This document shows, in pieces, positions 61,201 to 64,000 of a DNA stretch of 64,000 nucleotides (position 1 is its first letter; the number at the start of each line of letters is the position of its first letter). Both the position numbers and the translations under genes were made by a program. Under the pieces are notes generated by a model. It was not told where the DNA came from. It made no database searches and worked only from the letters and a program-made list of their open reading frames with translations. Origin of the DNA: an uncultured bacterium (GTDB lineage Bacteria; Patescibacteriota; Minisyncoccia; Moranbacterales; UBA2206). The DNA lies in contig CAIZXS010000005.1 of NCBI GenBank assembly GCA_903937035.1, positions 62,746 to 126,745 on the forward strand. The letters run 5' to 3'.

Positions 61201-64000
61201 TACTGTTCCCTCTCCTACTCTTGGACTTGCTTATGGTGGCGCCTATGCAACACAGTCAGCTCTCACGACCGGTGCCTTAGAGGGCACTATCGTGATGAGA
61301 CGTCCAGATGGAACCTTTTTGGTTATTGCGGGTAATGCAGCGACAGCTAATGCGCAAGTATATGATCAAAATACAGGTGTATTTACCGCTAATGCTAATG
61401 GGGTGTATGGTGCTACTTGTAGTGGTAATTGTGTACCAACAACATACGCCAAAAGAGGAGCTCTTGCTTTCAAGCGTCCTGATGGAAAATATTTAGTGGT
61501 ACTTGGTGGTGCTTCTACTACGACAAACATATATGATCCAGTCGCAAGCACATTCACTGCTGGGCCAGCAGTTACTGCTAATGTTGCTCGTGGATCGCAA
61601 GTAATTCCACTACCTAATGGTCGGGTGCTTATTATTCATGGAAACACAACTGCAACAACATCTATTTATGACCCAATTCAAAATATAATGCTTATTGGTC
61701 CATCGTCGCCAGTGAATGTTGGTCCAGGATCATTAGTGATTCCTAATGTTAATGGTACTTGGCTTCTTATTCCTGGTCTTCCGGATACTGGTACGGACAC
61801 AGCAATTACCTGTGGAACGCCCGTTACAACATCAACCATCTTTGATTCATATTCTATGCTATTTTCTCCAACAGCTTCAGCGCCAACGATTGTTACGGGA
61901 ACTGGTCCGGGAGCGCTTGCTTTACAGCGTTCTGATGGGTTATGGGTTATCACAAAAGGTGGTGCCGTAGTGACGACATGCGCTACCACGGTACTTACTA
62001 CTCATATATACAATCCAACCACTGGAAAGATTGTTGCTGGTCCAAGTGTAATAACCCAAGCTCCTGGGCAAGGTAGTCATGTAATACAGCGCCCCGATGG
62101 AAATAGAATAATTGTAAATGGTGGAGGAACAGCGACATCGCAGGTATATATAGAAAAAGATATTGCAGCAACACATGCTTTTGGTGAACAAATTGGTCTT
62201 TTCGTAGCCGGCGGACCAGCTCCTGCTGCCATTGGATCAGGATCAGTTTCTTTTCAGAGGGATGATGGAAAGCAAGTAACGATTTCTGGCGGAACAACCA
62301 CTACTGCCATATCTGTTGGTACTGTCAATACGGGCGTGCAAATGCTTGATTTGGGCTGGGCGGCGACAGGGGCATATCGGACAGAACAAATCAATGTTTC
62401 TGATCTCAGCACCGACTCAACACTTAACTGGAAAGCGACACCAAATATGAACAACATTTCAGCTGAAGTGCGCACAGCCACAAGTCAGCTTGGACTTCAA
62501 TTGGCCACTTCTCGCGATATCACAACATCCGGTGGTCTCATTAATCCTGGCGGATCAGAAACTTGGATTCAGATTCAATTTAATTTCAAGCGAATATTCC
62601 CAAATAATCCTGGAATTTGGAGTGATGTGTGGTGGAATGGTGGCTCGACAATGGCATTTAATTTGCGTACTATTACTAATCCGACTCTCAGTGAATTCAA
62701 GGTAAGTAAGGATGTCGATTTGGTTAACTTAAAATCAGACGGTTTGTCGATGTTTCGGGTTGGAACTAATGGTAGCATCTATACTTCTGCGACTGGAGTG
62801 ATTAATTCTGGTGGCGCCGACTTGGCTGAAAATTATACTTCAAATGATGCGTTGGAAAAAGGCGAAATTGTGGCGATTGATCCATCTGATAATCATAATG
62901 TTAAACGTTCTGCGTTGCCATATCAAAATGATCTTTTGGGAGTGGTTTCGACTGCTCCGGGTTTTGTGGCTGGCTCATATACCAAGGATTCTCATCCAAT
63001 TGCGCTGGTTGGACGCGTGCCGGTCAAGGTTTCTTCCGAAAATGGAATGATTCGCGAAGGTGATCGCATTACATCAGCTTCAATTCCTGGATTTGGTATG
63101 CGCGCGACATTCAGTGGGCGAGTAATTGGAACTGCGCTTGAATCAATGGATTCGGTTAATCTGGAAACTTGTCCAGCTGGTGGATATATCATGCCCAATG
63201 CAAAATGTGGTGAGATTATGGTTTTTGTTAATCTGGTGGATTATTCTGGAATGTCAGTGGACACATTGATGGCTGAGTCGAATGATGACACTGAGTCTGA
63301 AACAGAAACAGTTGATCAAAGTTCGCCTTTTGCTCAATTTGCAACGCAAGGAAAAATCCTAAATTTCTTGAAGAAAATGCGAGCAACTCAAACTAATTAC
63401 CGAGGTAGCGATATTTTGACCAGCAACGTGAGTGCAATTGGTCAAGTCGTTAGCCCGCTTATTGTGACAGACACTTTGATTGCCAAAAATATCAAAGCGG
63501 AAAATATTGAAGGGTTGCAATTTATCCAAACCGGAATCACTGACGCACAAAATGGCGTCTCAACCAACGCCACGGAAGTCAAAAACTTGGGACAACAATT
63601 GATTGACCTGCAAACTATGATGAAAGCGTTGACTGACAAATCCAATGGTGTAGATGCTGACGCGGTCAAAGAGATGGCAGTTAGCTATGGCTTGGTGGAG
63701 AGTGGACCGGCAGAATTCAAAGGACAGGCAATATTTAAGGCGATTGCAGAGTTTGTTGACAAGGTAATTTTCAGAAACAATGTTGAATTTGCTGGTCAAG
63801 TGATCTTTAATGAGGATTCAGCCGGATATGCCATTGTGAATAAAGGTGAGAATAGCGTGAAAGTAGAATTTGCCAAGGAATATGCCAATGTGCCAATCAT
63901 CAATGCCAGCCTTTCCGTGCAAGACATTAAAGATGAGGAATTGCGCAGTGCGACAGAAGATTTGATTTTGGCAACAGATGTTAAATATTTAATCACGAAT
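55262..64000 (+). CDS. Giant (>2,913 aa) secreted fibre/adhesin-like surface protein with beta-helix and kelch-like repeats and a peptidase-G2/intramolecular-chaperone-like domain; 3' end outside window
   Basis: ATG at 55262, signal peptide, INYQGKLTD...DG.Y.IVF.LY...GG..IWTE. The frame is consistent at the window end (LILATDVKYLITN) and the track lists no stop-bounded ORF in this frame; not every codon was checked by hand. Near 62810-63140: GGADLAENY...GVVST.PG...PIALVGRVPVKVS.ENG.I..GD.ITS...PG.GMRA...G.VIG.ALE. Confidence 0.88.
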   Translation, partial: MPPLKQKNQNTISFQKTSFVLIFLAVVFLVGVKNSQAVISEKINYQGKLTDSSNVTVADGAYDIVFNLYTTAGGGSPIWTESWTNSALFTNSGTTFTNNGCAAGVDRMAYTGDTNEGTLSAGQYLWNTTKKESAVIESVSTSGSGGYICFYDPYSTWASSDAISNRIYVRSGIFSTMLGSVQSLSAIDFNQTLYLGVTIGGDPEMQPRKVIGSAPSAFTAKTLNNNGTATIATNAGATISIGNTTGAATVLSGGASSWANTSGNLTVSTVTSGTLAVTSAGALNLSAAAASTATLANVADAFNFDSNTLSVDALNNRIGIGTAAPTAFLDIAASTTGAASLRLQTGVAPTTPNIGDMWFNGTNLYFRKDGTTSQDLLASSGSGPWTDGTGVTYITDTAEDLAIGAATLVAPFSVDVSLNTARIGTGATNNGILNMYASDGDTGSLAYTTDDAWTFTGGNVGIGTTQPWSALHVTSSVLWGSNVYLEATNAGADFPVWTFKKSRAGASVNAWDSLGEMKFAGVNSTGSSDSDFGTIIGIAEDPTSGSEDGNFMFSVVRGGAMIEQARFSGPEGVNFNYQNSPNVDFTVSGDTISQLIFADASTDTIGIGVAAPKAFLSLAGATAGKSSLNIATGTAPTGGNLYDGDMWYETGHLYFRDTTTKDLLAGGGMAIGGTISNSPNDTSILFVNGSVLAQDTNFTWNTTNDELGIGVAPTYRVDVATAVASDRGVNISNTAATGTNYGIFSSVTGAATANYGGNFASSGAVTNYGVNIAGMTGSATALNNYGVYVGTITSTSSTNAVNYGIYVNGITGVTAEDNATNVDLYLGNITGSTTTSSNIGLKMGTITSTSGTGSNYGIQLGAISGATNNSYGISLNTLTGGVLTNTQIATGQITVTGAVTGSYALNLGGLTGTANAATNAGINLGAINSAGTTSTNYGIRLSTMTGGTTANYQIATGALTNTGTTNIQLDLGGLSGSVASSNNYGIRLGAISSAGTTSNNYGISLGTLTGGTTSNTQIATGAITITSVSNYGLNIGGLSGSVASSNNYGINVGAISSAGATSNNYGMNITSITGGVTANYGLNVGAITTTGATNSYGLNVAAMTGTGASSYGLNVMAATATGTNVFGMQINGATGGSANSYGLNVTVPINATGHKAGIEIGAASTASGNWALYSGDTNGSYLAGNLGLGTAVTTTSFLSLGAHTTAKSSLNIPSSGGAVLSAPVIGDMWFNGTSLYFRKDGSTSSDLLAAGAGMSIGGSISSSTSGSILYANSSNQMAQDNANFFWDATNKRLGIGTTAPSQALTVNGSIRLAAGVTNSLVFQDGTTMTTAAATSTGYTSTTDLNFAADSDTNGSGTMFFATNGLERIRVTNAGLVGVGTASGTAQLAVNTTGTNNLLQLQKAGLDKFVVDNKGGVTVNGTSANNVKTTTGTTNVTDFSFTGSTFTNVTSQNDEVDIDAGSVVTTFSSAAANTAVNAGAGSHSIVRDDGRVIVVHGGGAATGSSWDGSSATMTSVTVASAASVGAGAISLKRPNGRYLLVHGNGSAGLSSVYDPWNITAAAAGPAVCGGGATTTGTNAFMRPDGKYVIMCGGLTAWGVYDPSAAVAAGYTAGTVVASAFGAGAFAIQRDDGTFLVFRGGSTTTHWIYNPFAGATGTWTINPITTNMPTISTGAFAIRRNDGKYLIVGGAINTSTIYNPTTTTSNSGAGAFELINGGVAAAGFGPITTALADAAQVVRRQDGKYLMVHGGASTLTDIIDPSVTTNQMFLAGTALNNAMGAGGHFVPRPDGKYAIIRGGAATPVDTYDMGFVMGGNGSGSQLSSYETECMTATSLNQSSTLNWTANMEGTLIFQVKTGTGSCSGAYKNILNSGDLIRPVAGDNRVQVKVFFKRPFFIGYDQEWSLWRGLSQPRYRAKVADPTLYDIKVDNSSQLHRSLFDFGIGTNNATTDPSGPVSSNLNVTMDGKLQLAAGVGMQNLAPTTVPSPTLGLAYGGAYATQSALTTGALEGTIVMRRPDGTFLVIAGNAATANAQVYDQNTGVFTANANGVYGATCSGNCVPTTYAKRGALAFKRPDGKYLVVLGGASTTTNIYDPVASTFTAGPAVTANVARGSQVIPLPNGRVLIIHGNTTATTSIYDPIQNIMLIGPSSPVNVGPGSLVIPNVNGTWLLIPGLPDTGTDTAITCGTPVTTSTIFDSYSMLFSPTASAPTIVTGTGPGALALQRSDGLWVITKGGAVVTTCATTVLTTHIYNPTTGKIVAGPSVITQAPGQGSHVIQRPDGNRIIVNGGGTATSQVYIEKDIAATHAFGEQIGLFVAGGPAPAAIGSGSVSFQRDDGKQVTISGGTTTTAISVGTVNTGVQMLDLGWAATGAYRTEQINVSDLSTDSTLNWKATPNMNNISAEVRTATSQLGLQLATSRDITTSGGLINPGGSETWIQIQFNFKRIFPNNPGIWSDVWWNGGSTMAFNLRTITNPTLSEFKVSKDVDLVNLKSDGLSMFRVGTNGSIYTSATGVINSGGADLAENYTSNDALEKGEIVAIDPSDNHNVKRSALPYQNDLLGVVSTAPGFVAGSYTKDSHPIALVGRVPVKVSSENGMIREGDRITSASIPGFGMRATFSGRVIGTALESMDSVNLETCPAGGYIMPNAKCGEIMVFVNLVDYSGMSVDTLMAESNDDTESETETVDQSSPFAQFATQGKILNFLKKMRATQTNYRGSDILTSNVSAIGQVVSPLIVTDTLIAKNIKAENIEGLQFIQTGITDAQNGVSTNATEVKNLGQQLIDLQTMMKALTDKSNGVDADAVKEMAVSYGLVESGPAEFKGQAIFKAIAEFVDKVIFRNNVEFAGQVIFNEDSAGYAIVNKGENSVKVEFAKEYANVPIINASLSVQDIKDEELRSATEDLILATDVKYLITN

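Overview
AT-rich bacterial chromosome segment. Its gene content and style suggest a Patescibacteria/CPR (Parcubacteria-like) genome; this is an inference, not a database result. Housekeeping backbone: PBP1A (truncated at the left edge), ruvABC, yebC, polA, mutM, holA, rpsT, tsaE and a FemAB-family enzyme. Other blocks: a four-ATP-grasp/7TM/aspartyl-protease operon, a tandemly duplicated PilB/GspE ATPase, a compact MEP isoprenoid operon (dxr-ispD-ispF-ispE-ispG), a WxL/DUF916-like surface cluster, and a >2,900-aa fibre/beta-propeller surface protein running off the right edge. The most striking unexplained structure is a cassette seen three times: TrmB-family regulator <- divergent sigma70 promoter with palindrome -> short leader ORF -> structured RNA -> unrelated cargo genes. 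Two copies share a paralogous 66-67 aa leader protein and a covarying hairpin pair. The third has about 1.1 kb of densely nested RNA helices, one ORFan gene and about 300 nt more structure. Also present: an in-frame array of ~25-30 bp palindromes inside an ORF6N gene, two families of dispersed palindromic repeats (one inserted in frame in mutM), and heptamer micro-arrays inside genes. No rRNA, tRNA, CRISPR array, transposase or integrase was recognised.
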